Source: Iphione sp. A-MEVVRFRX5
Lineage: Eukaryota
DNA length: 64,000 nucleotides
Direction: 5' to 3'
NCBI GenBank assembly: GCA_976226885.1
Contig: OZ320315.1
Span: 81,344,001 to 81,408,000, forward strand
Shown piece after piece: positions 25,824 through 40,010 of the stretch. The notes beneath the pieces were generated by a model. That model did no database searches and was not told where the DNA came from. It saw nothing but the letters and a program-made list of their open reading frames with translations. Each line of letters begins with the position of its first letter. Positions within the stretch are counted from its first letter, which is position 1. Made by a program: the position numbers and the translations under genes.

Positions 25824-27699
25824 GTGAAACTGAACAATCAAGTTTAATCACATTTTACGCGATACATGTACTTTGAATAGAAAACGTAAAAACAGCTTCA
25901 CCGTTAAAATATCAAATCTTAGAGAAACAAGGCCGAATTTTATTGAAGTCGAACGATACGTGTGTACACACAGTATTACACAGATAACTGTCATATTTTC
26001 ATAACTAAGGTTCATCTCTGACGGTAGTCAATTAGATATCAACATTTTTTCTGGAATGCGTGGACAAAGAGTGAATTAGGAATATTAAAAGAAGCACAAA
26101 TTATTATAAATAAGTAGAGAATGAAACTTGCTTTTTGGATCTGGACAAGCAGTCTTCAGTTGAAATATCAAAACTATTAGGGAACAGCTACACGTTTTTT
26201 TTCAACCTTTTAACCGAATAGGACACTAGGTCATTATCTACTGCATGAATGAAGGTAGATGAAATTTCATTTGTTGCCACTCAGTTCTTAATGATAAATC
26301 CTTAAACAACCTAGTGATACAAATCCTGAATCACATTAGGGAATAATCGTTCCTTCATTTGGGTCTATCTTTGTCTTCTTATGTCCCAGTACATAGTCAT
26401 ATTGCTTCACTGACTGCCACAGTGTATGTGGCTGGTGCTATTTGACATTTGGGCCACTACCTGAATGAACAATGTAATAGCCTCATCCAGGGTATCCCAA
26501 GTATTTGCATATTTAACATGTACAGAAGTATAATGAAAGTGTTCGCACAGTGGCTGCCGCCTGAAGCCATGTTCAGGTGCTGGTGCGTGGCTTCCTTCAT
26601 TAGAAGCCATTAAAGGGAGGCATTAAGTGTACCAGCAGGCAGCCAGGTCCTCAGGGCCGGGCGCGCTGACAATTGACAGTCGCTGATTGCCTCAGACGCC
26701 TCACCATCCCACTGCGGAAGGCTAGGACCCCATTACAGCCCTGGAGGCGTATCAGCGGATGGCGGCAGTAATCAGTTGTTGACAGCCTACCTGTAATCAG
26801 GCGTGGCAGACTCATGTGGTTGCCTGACAAGCACGATGGGCAGGTCTACCACAAGGAGGCATCCCTCGCCGACCAGAGGCTAGGGCACCCGGACCTACGG
26901 TGGTCTACCAGGACCACCTCCCCTAGCCGCCTGTATGGGCGGGCAGCCATTGGTGAACTATGACGGTCTGTATCCGTGGTCCGGCCCCCGCAACCCCTGA
27001 GGCTTAAGGCGCCTCCAGCCGGGCGAACCTTCGGTCAGCAAACAGCGACAAGCATAGACAGCATACTTCATCACAGCATGTCCAGGAGGCACAGTGCTGC
27101 ACCCTGTGTAAACACTGCTGTGGAGCTGCATTGTTCACCATGACAACATGACCTTCACAAAACAGACGTTTTCCTGTCTGTGCGGTTCCAGAAGTGTACA
27201 ACACCGTACTTCAAGTTGTTTTGTCCTGGTGGTTAAATTATGATCGGGCCAGCATGCAACACGCACCCCGCAATCGGGTTAATTCCCAATAATGGAGAAT
27301 AATCGATTTTTCGCCTCCTGGCTGTCGCTGTCATACCCATTCCCATCTATCACGGATTGCGTTTAAAAGCAACTGCCGTTAATATTTCAATTACCTATAC
27401 ATCATCTTGACTAAATTTAATAATGGGTAAATTAACACGGCCGAGAGCAACAGTTGGTGTCCTTTTCGGCGCGTCCCTTCAGCACACGTGGTGTAGGCGA
27501 TCTGAAAGAGCAACCCCCATCTGCAATACCGGCCCCCCGTGGTTATTAGATTATGCCTGATAGATTCCGCCTCCGGGCCTCAGCTAAAGGCAGGGGTACC
27601 AATAGCTTAAGGAAAGTCATACCGCATAGGGTCAGCGTGAGGTCACCACCTCATTCCCGAGGTTTCTACTCAGCCTAAGGAGACGCGCATCCTACTGTA

Positions 27700-28200
27700 T
27701 GTTTCCATGGTGACAGAATAGGCCGCCCTTCCGTTGAGGACGCTACCTTGCGGTGGCTACTAGCAACGGAGTGTTTTTCTTGAAAACAACGGTCTCTTTT
27801 GTTACCTTGAGATGTTCGGCGTATGCACGTTTGGGCCCCTAAAGGTGGGCTGATGTTTGTCATTCACATACGTGTTTCCATACGCGAGGCTCACCCGCTA
27901 GGGGCCTACGTTTATGGAGGCAAACCACACCACCGTCGAATTATTCAACGAACATCTAGCCGAGCATGTAAATCGAGCCACAGCGAGTCACTTAGGGCAC
28001 ATGGGCCGTGTGCTGGGAACTCATATTCCAAGTAGCTTGCGAGAAGGTTCGGAATCGGTCAGCCAACTGAACGTTGCCGGTAAATATGGTTAAAAAGCAG
28101 ATGCGATTTCGTTGTCCGGAAAGGGGTTGCCTCGGGCACGAAGATTGTTGGGAGATTTTTTTTAACGTCCTGGTTGTTGCAAGAAATGTGCTAGCCCCGA
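27700..28200 (+). mobile_element. Possible heavily decayed non-LTR RT fragment
   Basis: Ghost motifs in order: GRPSVEDA (cf. GRSTxDA), LFVTLRCSAYARL (cf. LFxDxxKAxDxV), GHMGRVLGT (cf. GVPQGSVLGP). Weak. Confidence 0.2.
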
Positions 28201-29578
28201 CAGGAATAGTAAGCAAGCCATTCTAGATGTGAGATGGGATGGGTATTTGGAGGGCGCACCGGCGAATGGCTTGCATTCGTTGTGAAGGTCAGCGTTGACG
28301 GGAGGCAAGACCCTGACAGCAGGATGGGACGGGTTGGGTCAGTAGTAGAGGGGCGGAGGATGATGGTTTTAGGGGGACGATGTCAGTGGACAACAAAACA
28401 CTGGTGACCAGTGGGCGACGAGCTAAGAGCAGGGGAGTGGCAGGCGGTCTGCAGCTGCTACCGAAACATCGTTAGGCGGTTTCAAGCGCAGCTATCCGTG
28501 CACAATAGCACAGCGCAGGCACGGTCCGTAGTGATAATGATACGGCAGCACTCGCATTGGCCTTCGTCACCAAAAATTAGGTTACTTCCTCTCTTAGACT
28601 GACGTAATTTGCGCAATGCAAACTTTTCCTCTCTCCATCGGCCAGGTACTGTTCTGGTATCTTCCCCCCGCCACGAAATTACATTGGCTGGGCAATCAGG
28701 ACAGCAAGAAGAGTAAGGAGGACGAAAAGACGAGCAGAACCGGAGTGCATAATATAGACCCTGCGAACGTATTCAGTAATGTTAGATGGGGGTAGTACAT
28801 CTTTCACATGATACAAATCTCTTCATGGAGGTCCAATTGTAAGTTTAATCATTCCTGAGTCGGAGGATATTGCAAAACCTCCATGGTACATAATATATAA
28901 TGTCCGATATTAGCTTTTATGTACTTAACCGGGGGACATCTATTTGAAGGCATTTTTTGTCTAATTCTGTAAAGCTTGCGTTGTACGAGAGAGGATGGCA
29001 ATAAAGCTGTGTTAAATTGAACTGATTTTTTGCTGGCGTTTTCGTATGGATTATATGATGCAATAGTCAGTGATTTTCAGTGATTGAAGATTTAAGCCAA
29101 TTATGGATAAATCAGCCATGCTTATGCATTTGCTCATTTATACATTATGCTCCTCCCTCTTTTTCAATGATTGTATATTATCCATATAGAGAGTGATGCC
29201 TAGTTTGGCTATCCTGCAAATTATCTAATTAACAGAGTATTCTGTGTTATATTCCACTCTGATTCAAGCTAGCCCTTAGCCAGCTTATTTATGCACATAC
29301 TTCCTTTGTAATTCGAACCATACTTTTTACTCATCCATTACTGATTCTCATGCATCTAGCGCTCTTACGTAGTCGATGATTTACATCATTTTGATAACCT
29401 CTATACAATTCACTAGCCATATAAACCAACGTCTTCATGTTGACAGTGTCTACATAATATAAAGAATTCAGTAAAGTCCGACTTGTTTGCTGTTTTGGTA
29501 ATAGAAAGGCAAGCAGGGACATTTCCGCATTGAATATATTTTTTCATGGGTAAAGCAACACAAAAAAGGCATTTTCCT

Positions 29579-30790
29579 TTATGACGCAAGATAAGATGTC
29601 ATATTGATTGTTTGCACGGCATCCCAATGCACACAAAAGCTCCTGTGACTACCTGACCAGAATCCTGCTAATGTTGACACAAGCATGTCGTCACCAAGGC
29701 GTTTTGTTAAACATTCGAACCCTTTTACCGGCAGCTGAGCGAAGATCAAACTTGGCGTAGGTAGGATCATGGCTTTTGCGACACGGCCCTGACTAGACAC
29801 CCCGGCTCTTTTTATCTCCAGGCCTCCTATTGATTGCCTCAAGGCCAACACTGCTTTGAAGTGGACCGCCCTGTAAGCTCTGTTCCCATGATTAAATGCA
29901 TCGCCGCCGACTAATGCTGAGAACAACAATGTCCTTACCGTACTGTAGTGGTGGCCCTGAGCACTGGGCCGGCCGGCTCACTACCTCCAGGGACAACCTG
30001 GCTCTCTCTCTCTGTGCTACTATGCCCTTCATCAATTACGCCCACAAACGCGATGTAGGAAAACGTGTGGCAAAAGCAATAAGCATTGCGAATGAAAGTT
30101 CTTTTTCTTAATTCAGTCTAAACTCTCCCAGGAATATCGAACGACTTTTTATTTGTATTCGCATGTTCGATTGGCAATGTTCATGTAATGCAGTTGCTCA
30201 ATTTTTCGCTGGTATTATTTACCCCCATTCGAAAAAGAATTGTGATTGCGAAAAAAAACGCACAAACATAAAAAGCGGACGCTTATGTATTGCATTTCTA
30301 TATTTAGCCCACCCGTTTTTAAAGTCTATATTTTTATCGCAGTCCATTCCGTTTCTTCTGTGGATGGAGTCGTTCGAATCCGACATGTTTACTACAGAAG
30401 CGATAATACGCTCTCAGGCGCGCATGTATGTCCATGGAGCGCCTGTGAATGACTACACATCCGTCAATATACACGACTGTGCGGTTATCCCGAAGGGGTT
30501 GTGGCCAGGTCTTTCATCTTATCGTCAACGTGTCAGGCCCGATTTGTCATTGCGAGACCTGAAGGTTCCGGCCCACCGGAGCCGACACGATTTGTGTAGT
30601 GGCGTTCGCGAACGTGGCTTTACGAGATAGCGTCTGCCAATCGAGGGGACATCCAGAGTAATGAGGATTGGATGAGGTAGTCCTGAAGCCATGCCCCAGC
30701 ATACAACCCACTACGGCCTCATTTCCACAACGCACTGCTAACGTGGAGAGTGTACTGGAATAGTCCAGTCCTGGTGCCTGCCGCATCTCT
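29579..30790 (-). mobile_element. Decayed non-LTR RT fragment(s)
   Basis: ORF 30547-30786 has HGFR...RKATFANATTQIV (cf. QHGFR...RKAFDLVSTQVV in the 43.7-46 kb LINE). ORF 29579-29929 has GVSSQG...LGDDMLV...FCVHW..IN with RT-like spacing. These may be two separate copies. Confidence 0.3.
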
Positions 30791-33665
30791 CTCCCAGTCG
30801 AAATATTATGACGACCAGAATCAATGCCTGATTCAAAGATCTTGGCATTTTATTTTATTAGGAACGAGATCGTATCAAAGTAGCCCCCCGCCTCGGAATT
30901 TGTATCGTTTACTACATTATGCTACTCACATGAGCAAGCCCTTATGATTTTGTCACTGAGGACTCTGGAGTGCGTTGAATTAGGTGGGGGGAAATTGCAT
31001 GGGTCGAGGGGACAGGAAAAGGAGGGATTCGACGAAGGCCGAGAGACGTTGTTTGTGTGTGCGCTACAGACGAACATTACCCAAATAGGCTTCATCTTCA
31101 TCAATACAAAATGTCAATAGCAACCTAAGACCCCCAGAGTCGGCTGAGTTAGCTGCCTGGGGGACGGCGGCTTCCCTTTAATGGATTATGTGAAGCTTGC
31201 GATGGAGGAGGTGTGCGTTGGGGGCGGGGAGTTGCAGCAGCCACAATGTAAAACACTGATGTACGGATGTCTTTTTTTTTGGCGTAGGAACATTGGCACC
31301 AGCCCACGTTACTTTAAGCCCCTGAGCAGCAGTCGGTTACAAAACCAATTATTTATGTCAGAGATGTACACCAAACTGCATGCAGTGTGCTTAATTTGCC
31401 TGTGGGGTTGAATCCTTAAGTAGGAAAGGTCTTACGGCAGAAGTTGATTGACACTGATGAAATTGCTGATACTGTATCACAGTGGGATCAAGTACTGTGA
31501 GATCCAGGTTAGATTGGTCACTATTTTATACTCTGCTCTAGTCTTCAGAGGGCAGATAAATCGTACCTAGCTTACAATGGCCGACTGGTTTCGAGTGCAG
31601 GGTTGTGTGACCAGGTAGACAGTTTTTAACTCTAAGAGAAGAAACAGACTTTCAAATAAGAAATAGGTCGCCGCGAGGAAATAATCCCGCGTCGAGAGAT
31701 GAATCCAAATTGGGGATCTCCTAACTCTTTGTTAAGTTTGACAGCAGAGCGAAGGAACTTTCGATAGGAACCTCTGTCTGGAAGATTGCGATAGCCACAA
31801 AAAAGAAGCATTCAGGTCTTTTATGGTGGACACTTCGTCTGCAGCACTCAGTCGACACGTCAGTCTATTTGAATCCAGCAGTCACCTGAATGGAAATGCC
31901 ATTTGAGTCTGTGACTGCAAATGATAAATCAAATTAATCTCTGCCAGCTTTGGGCAATGACGATGCCCTCATCCTTGCCTTTTCCAGGCTAGAGCACCGC
32001 AGAAAAAGCAGAGAGGAAGGGAGACGGAAGCCTTCTTACATAATCTTATCGTCCTGAACGCATGGCACAGCATCAATGGACAGAGAACAATACCAAGTCA
32101 TCCACTTTCAGGCTTCAATTAGGCAAGGCACATGAGGCAGGGACATCCATTCAAATAAGCGTTTCCTACGGGCTCAGAGTAAGCTAAGAAATAGCGCCAA
32201 AATTTAACTCGAGGAGAAAGATATCAAGATGCTGTTCCAGCCGTAAAATTAGAACCTAGAGGCGTGTAATTTCATGAGTGTTTGACGCCAGAATGGGGCA
32301 AATGCTAAAAGGAAGTAGTTAAGACTTTATAAATGCAGGTGTATAAATAGAATTTCTTGATGTTATCTTTCAGTGCACTGCCAGCATCGCTCACGCCATT
32401 TTGTTTGTCGACATTTGTCTCGAATCATCTATTGTCACAGACTATATATAGATGTTGCCATACTTAGCAAAGCATAGAAAGTATCTTCCGTGATATGACG
32501 CTCGACATATGAACCCTCCAGTGGCCGTGCAACAAAGTTGCTGAAATAGACGAGGAGGCACCGTGTCAGTTGCTGGGTCGTCTTGCTTGTACCAGCGAGC
32601 ATCACCTTAAATTGACGCCTACATTCTATGTATTTGGTCCAATTTCGTTTGACAGCGACCCATTATCGACTGACTGCTGGACAAATTACAGAATAACTAC
32701 ACCATGTAAGCCGCCAGAACTGAGGTATTTGTAAGAGCGTCGTAAGAAAAAAATCTTTCTATTCAGTGGAGGTCGCATGATCACAACAATACATGGAGGA
32801 ACCTTGCCAAACTTGACAATACGCACACATCTCTGTTGATTTTGTTTTCTAGAAACACGGATTTGTGTCTCAAAAACAGAACCTGACATAATCTGTACAT
32901 GTATATAGTTTAAAAAAAGGAAAAAGATTAAATACTGTAAACATTTGAACTAATAGGCGATACGGCCAGTGGGAAATGGAGTTTAACAAAATGCAACGAG
33001 CGCTCCAGTATAATTGTATAATCAATAACAGGTGCAAGTAAAGTAAGACACTGGCAGAGACGTGATCAGCGATAATGCGCTTGTCATCAGAAGAAAATAG
33101 ACAATTACTCTCAAGAGCAATTCTGGCAACTGTGCAAGTCCCATTTACAGCACAAAATGACCTATAGCCTTGAATATGTAATGCAATTCATTCTGTTCGT
33201 CCTAGTTGCAGGTAGAATTTGTTGCAGTTTATGTGGAAATGATTTCAGCAGTAGATAAAGAGGTGGAGAGCAGAGCTTAGGAAAGGTACTCTGTTCACGT
33301 CCTGCAGGCCATATGCAAGCATGCAAATATTACCGACCGGTCGACAACAAAGGTTCCTCTGACTTGGCAGCTTCCTCCATGACAGCAAAAAATAGAGCAC
33401 AGCCGATGGCCTCACGTTCAGGCGTGTGGGAATGGATTGCAATCGGTCATATATAGAGAGATTGATCCGTATATTATGGAACTGTGTGAATATTCTGTGA
33501 AGGTATGTGATATTGAGGTCTTGGATGATTCGCACTGCGAGCTCAACATGGCAGTGCGGACTAGTACCGTCACGCTGTATCCAACTCTCCGCTTACTATT
33601 TACGTGATGTCACCTTCTAGAAATTCTTATCTATAGATTTACACGCGATTTAAAGCAAATATATA

Positions 33666-34364
33666 CAGTCGAACCCCGTCTTCCGTACCACCTGCGGAAT
33701 GCGAAATTTGGTACGGATAACGATGTATACGGAGTACGAAACAGCGACTATGCGTCTCCTGGTGGGGAAAACTGTCATAATGATAAAGTATAGATTCATG
33801 GAGATTGAGGCATATTCCATGCAGAAAGTGTCAAAAACGGCAAATTGTAAGAAGAAAGTGACAAAAACGGCAAAATTCATGGAGATTGAGGCATATTCCA
33901 TGCAGAAAGTGTCAAAAACGGCAAAATTCATGGAGATTGAGGCAAATTCCATGGAGAATGTGACAAAAAAACGTATCAGTTCTTTGTTCTCTGCCCTATG
34001 TTTTCTCTTCCTTTAGGAGGTCCCCACCCACGCGTCACTCTTATGTAACCATTTCGCACATCTGTATTTGACTTTGAACCTATGTTAGTCGCTCTGGGCT
34101 ACTTCAAACAGACCCCTATCCATTGCCGATGGGTCGTCTTTGTTGCACAGACACGATAAGCTGCCTCTGACAACACTCCTCCGGTTAACTGTATGCATTT
34201 CCTATGTTAAATGCTCTAAAATGAACCTAAATAATGTACGAATATGGAATGTGAATCTCCGGTTAACTAGTACATTTTATGCAGAGAAACACTTGGTAAT
34301 GTAAAATCGTTACGGGTAGTGCGACAATACGAATACCGGGGTTACGGAAGACGAGGTCCCTCTG
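33666..34364. mobile_element. Tc1/mariner-pogo superfamily MITE (~700 bp)
   Basis: Left end CAGTCGAACCCCGTCTTCCGTA and right end TACGGAAGACGAGGTCCCTCTG are inverted repeats (18/22 match), flanked by TA at 33664-65 and 34365-66. No transposase inside. Confidence 0.7.
33794..33970. repeat. 51-bp minisatellite inside the MITE
   Basis: Unit AAATTCATGGAGATTGAGGCATATTCCATGCAGAAAGTGTCAAAAACGGCA; its internal ATTCATGG anchor falls at 33794, 33875 and 33926, with a 30-bp partial unit between the first two copies. Confidence 0.9.
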
Positions 34365-37300
34365 TAGTCAAGTCTAAGAGATCAGCTGATTTTGGCAATG
34401 AGGGGAGTTGGTTATGATTTGAATTGCTCATGACATGAATTGTTGCTTGCATGAGCTAGATGAGGCTTAAATCGTCCGGCAACCAGAAGGTTAATGTCGT
34501 ACAATAATATACACTATACGACATTTTCAAATATTCATCAGGCTTATTCCTCGGGGCAATGTATACTTATTATTTGTACCACCAGTCAGGGGAACGTCCA
34601 AAGCTGGCTACTAATTACCTTGAACAGTATATATCAGGGCAATTAGCTTCAAACAGACTTCATACAGTGGCCATTTTTTTTGCAGCGAGACCGATTTCGC
34701 TTATGGGTGTGGGCCCGACTGATTTGCCAATGACATGATATATCATGAAGATTTAATGGCACCATCTACATCAGCGTTTTCATCAAGGGTGCAGTCAGAC
34801 GAAAAGATAATCGATTTAATTGGTTCTTTAGGTATTTCCAGTGATAATAGGGCAGTTAACAGAAGCGCATGGCATCATATTTATTCCGAAAAGCTGTTAG
34901 TGAAATCTCTAAGATGTGTACGAAATATCAATAATTGGAACATCCGTTGCATCCTTTGCTACACATAACGATAAAAAGGAAGCATTTTCTAAGGCACGCA
35001 CGGCCTTCCCGGCTGTACAGTGCGAAAATGATGTCACGATTGGAGGCCACAAATAGGTCTAAAGCTAAACTCTTCCGTGAGCATTTCAAGGGATGTTCCT
35101 GACCATTGATTTCACATCAAATGCGGAGCCCTTGCCTGGCTGGTGGGAAATCTTATTTGCCGGGAAGGCCTCGGTCGCCTCCGGAGCTACAAAAGCAGGC
35201 TCTGATGTAAAACATACCATGATGAATCATACCATTAAAGGGTCCCGGCTCTGCTCAAGAGGCATGCCGGTGCCTTCGACCCCCTTGGGAAGCTACTGGC
35301 GGTCCGCTATACCATCGACAGACAAACACGGCATTTGGAGCAAAGGCAAAGGGGACCTGCATGACGCTACACGGAGCTGGAAATATCAGGGAAGAGCTAA
35401 TTTTGATACGGCGCCCGAGGTCTCACCTGTCACCACAGCCTGCCACGTAATGTATGTACTGCCAAAATGGTGTGAATTGTGAGGAAGTTTTCTTTCTTTC
35501 GTTCTGGTTTTTGTTTCTGTCAATGCAACTGATTATCCCCGTTTTTTATACTTGAGGTGCAGTGGCATTCCGGCTGATGTTACCTTAATAATGTCTTAGT
35601 AAATACTTACAGTATATACACCTGTTTATGATATTGCTGTACAGTATTTGAATACATGTAATTTTAATTGGTCGTCTTTCATGCCAGGAGCTCTGTGTGA
35701 ACAAAACTTACACCGAAATACCCAGAATACTGTGTTCCAAATGCATCAGAGTATTTCAATCTGACAAATGGATTTACATATCCTGGGAGATAAGCGCTTT
35801 TTTAAAAAGTGAATGTGTTGAAATGGGAGTCATTCAATCGTCCTTATCAAAGCTGGCATGATAAATTGAAAATATATGAGAGCATAACACCAGAATGCAA
35901 CTCGAACTATTTTCCAGTAGATCTCCTTAAAATATGTATTCAGATTTAATAATTCCGAAGTGAACACTGTCTGCCATATGCACTTATCTCAGATGTTTTA
36001 TCGGTCCATTAAGGAAGGCGTATTGTAATGATATCGAAATTGAAAACGCTTCCATAGATTCAATTTTCAAGCCTTTCAAGGCAGCTTAAAATTTCCCCTG
36101 TAACGTTCGAGAGCGATAAGAACACAGACCATTTATAAGAGAATTCCCACTATCACGTTGACTTCAAGCAAATACACATAGCAGGCAGTGTCCACTTAAC
36201 GTAAATTGGCTGAATAGAGACGATAAGACACTCCTATATCTTTCTTTGGTCAAGGCAATATGCCTTTTGAGGAACATGATCGCTTGGAGACCCCCGTGCT
36301 CATGTCTGATGTATAGCTGATATGAAAATCCCATTTGGAAGGACACAAATGCTGCCGAGTAAGACACAGACGCCGGCGAGTAATCGGGCTCAGAGCCGCT
36401 CCTGTCTCGGGCTCAGGAACACGCCGTCTTCCTCCAGCAGCAAGGCAGTAGGACTCGCCGCCAGTGATGGATGGTAGGTCACCTAGGAGGCCCTCCTGGC
36501 ATGCACTACTTTATCCGGCCAAGCACAGGAATGTATCTACCTCCCGTATGCCAGTTTTCGGGGGATGGCTCACGGTATTTAGGCCTGGAATCTCCCAATA
36601 GATGGCTTACTGGGCTGGTCCTAGCTGACGGCCCAGCCTGCAATTGCCAGCGTCAAGTTTTTGAACAAAGCAAAAGGCCTCCTGTCTGAAAAATGTTCAT
36701 TTGCTGATAACATATCCTGTATCGGTCAGAGAACCACATCAGCACAACTCCGTACATGCATCAAGTGGAAACTCCAAGCGTACACTCCGTTTTTGTGAAT
36801 GATATTAATCCGTCCACAGGTACATCACTGAACGCGCACATGCATAAAATACGAGCTTAGATCAGCCCGACACGGTAATGGAAGATGAAGCTTTCAGAAT
36901 GAGACTCCGAGAATAATTTAAAGCTCCTGACTTCCTACTACGGACCACGATCATAGAATGTTCTTCATGGAGACGTTATCGTCAGCTATCGTGATGGATT
37001 TATATTGCATCCAGGATTTCTCTTATCTTTGACCATTAATTAGCTTCACGGAGATGCCGTCAGTTTGAACCGTTGATGATGTTGTTTGGTTATATTAGCT
37101 TGGAAAATCTTGGATACAGATGACCTAGAAACGCAAGTAAGCCGACATATTTGACACTTACTGTTGCCACTGGAACCACTGTGTTGAACAATTTTGCCTT
37201 ATCATCACGCTGAATCAATGGGCAACGGGATCACAGAAGAATACTTATATTTTCCGAAACAATACAGATCGTCAAATATGACGATAAACATGATGTACCG

Positions 37301-39799
37301 CTTTCTAACATAAGTTGTGTCCTTAGAATTAATCTCCATAATATATTGCCTTTTTTCAATGGGAAGAAGAAAATTTCCAATTTAACTGCTTAATACAGGG
37401 CACCTTTGTCATTTCTGTTGGTATTATAGCTTGTGTACAGATATAGTAAAAAGTAGATAATTAACCATGCATCTAACTTCATTATCCAACATTACTGATG
37501 ATTGCAAAGTTAACTGTGCACGAGAAGAACAATGCTTCAAGGCACTGCCGAAACCATTTATCAGAACGCATTAATACTCCAAATGAAGGTTCACATAACA
37601 TTTTCCCACCCACTTAGTTTCTTACGAAATGACAAATATGAAAAATAATGTCATGGCACGCCACTCCATTTGAGGGGAAAAAGACTCCTCTCCCTTAATG
37701 GTCGAATTCTTAAAGAAATGGTTCGCTTAAACCATGGCCTTCTTGGCCTTTTCTACCTTAACGCTAATACGGATATGGAGACATAAAACGAATCAACAGG
37801 GCATTGGGGATAATGGCAGTGTGACAGCATGACAGAAAATCCACACGAAGAAAATATTAATGCGCAACGGATACAATTTCGTTGAGTACATTTTTATGTT
37901 GTTCATATCCATGACGGCTCTACGACTTTGACGTCTTCCTGAATAAGGTAACTTAAGAATTTTTCTCATTTGCGATGACAACGTTGATTGACTATATGCG
38001 GTCTCATTCCGTGTGCCTTCCTTTGGTCTCGCGGGGGAGGAAGAAGGCCAATTGGACAGGATGGATGATGTCCTTCATCCATTTCCACAAAAGCAATTGT
38101 TTCTCTAAAGAAAGCGCGCGCGGGACAGTTTGTCGTCTTGGCGCGTCCACTGTGACATTTACAGGACTCGGTTCAGCATCACACCCAAGCGGTGTCTGTG
38201 CATTCCTCAAGGACAATGAACCTCGCCCTAGTGTCACTCACACTGGGCGCGTGGCGCACGCTTCTCTCTACGGCTGCGAGCAGCGAACAGAAAACGACCT
38301 GACAACGCTTTACAGAATGTTACCCAAATGTGCGCTCGCCTCGCTCGGACACAAATCTTGGCGCTTCATGGCATTTTTACGGCCGATCCAGCATTCTCCA
38401 TTGATTCGATTGCGCGCGGATGTATTCCCTGGGCCAAGTCAATGAATTTTGATTGAGTCGCTCTATCGCGGCCTTTAGCTGATGAATGTCATTAGACGGG
38501 AGACAGGCACGGGTTTATTTAATGGGTGTCGAGAAGCCTGAGGCTGATAGACGGTAGCTACCACTCTCCAGGCCTGCCCTGCTCGCCTTATACCAAGACG
38601 GTAATGCTATCCAACAAGGCTGTTATACTGAATGGCTAGCTCTGGTGTAGGACGGAATCTATTGGCTACTCCCCTGGGGATAAAAAAAAGAGGAGAGTGC
38701 ACAGCACTAATATGGAAACAAAACAGAAGCACCCATGTACTCACTGTGTTATTCCGATAACAGTTAACTGTGCAGTCAAAATGCACATAAAGATACATAA
38801 ATAGGGAATTTGGGATCAAGCAGTATTCTAGAGGATCAGTGGAGAGGGATGACATGAATATAAATAGGCACAGGTCTATAATTACGGTATTGCTTTAATA
38901 CAGTGATGGTTCTAGCAGTTTGCTTAAATAACCCTTTGACTGGAGATGGCAACTGAGAACACAAACTGTTTTTCAAAGAGGCGGGTACGATGTGGCTACA
39001 CCTGCTGCCATTACTTTGGCACTACCAAGCTCGTAAAACTCTAACCTCCTCATAAAAATAGAAATCAGACCTTCAGATTGCCGCAGACCTGGACGAATTT
39101 TATATATCTATAAGAAAAGAAGCTATATGGGCGCAATGCCTGTTTTGAAATGATACTCCACGAAGTAGGTGGTAGCATGTGTAATTGTAGTGTCGAGGTC
39201 GAAGTTAGATTTATATGGCTTTTCTGGATATATCGTAACGCATTTTTATCATACGATTCTAGGGTATTTCCGTGTATATTTCTTGTGAGCTTAAGGCTAA
39301 TCCTAGTGGAAATATAGCAAGCTTCTTCTCATTGGTGCCTGCTGGCTTTAGTATTTTTGTCACATTCACCTGGAAAAGGTAAGCCTAGACATAGTGTCGA
39401 CCATATTGGTGTCTTCAGGCACCATGGGAGGGTGGCTTTCACTTATGTGGTGCATAGACTACGATATGGCGTCAATATTCATCATTGGTCACGTGAGCCC
39501 TTTACGAATATAACAACCATGGCGGAATAGGTCGAACATTTGTAAATGCTCTACCTCATACAAACCAAGGAGCATTGACAGAGGAGTAGAACCCTGGGAC
39601 TGCCCGTACGCGACTAGAATGATGTGCCTAATGCAGTAGTCAAAGGTTACCAAGCACATATTTCATGGTGAAATGACCTATATCCTGTTGCTGAAAAGAT
39701 GGAAAATTCTATGTTGAAGACATTCTGATAAATGGAATGATCAGGGCCAGGTAGTAGATATGCTAAGATGAAACGATATGATGTATTTAACAAGGCTGG

Positions 39800-40010
39800 A
39801 GAATATTTTTGAAATATATGATATAAAAAAAACTGTTTTATAAGCAATAACCAGATATAAACTTAACCCAGATACAGAGCAATGACCCTATGGAACGCAA
39901 TCCCCAAAATTCTGTACAAATAAGACATCAAGAGTTTCAAGACCAATTTTAAAAATTGGATGGTAGGTTAATCATTCAACCTGTATCAAAGAACCATCAT
40001 ACAATAAAAC
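39800..40010 (+). mobile_element. LINE ORF2 C-terminal / 3' end remnant
   Basis: From 39876: RAMTLWNAIPKILYK*DIKSFKTNFKNW, typical of the CR1/L2 C-terminus (WNxLP...SFKxxLK). AATAAA follows near 40003. Confidence 0.45.

Noticed and set aside
38478-38560. Hammerhead-like CTGATGA with a short hairpin
   Set aside because: GAAA core absent (GGAGAC) and stem I cannot form. Other CTGANGA hits checked by eye (e.g. 37496, 41247, 41949, 57252) also failed.
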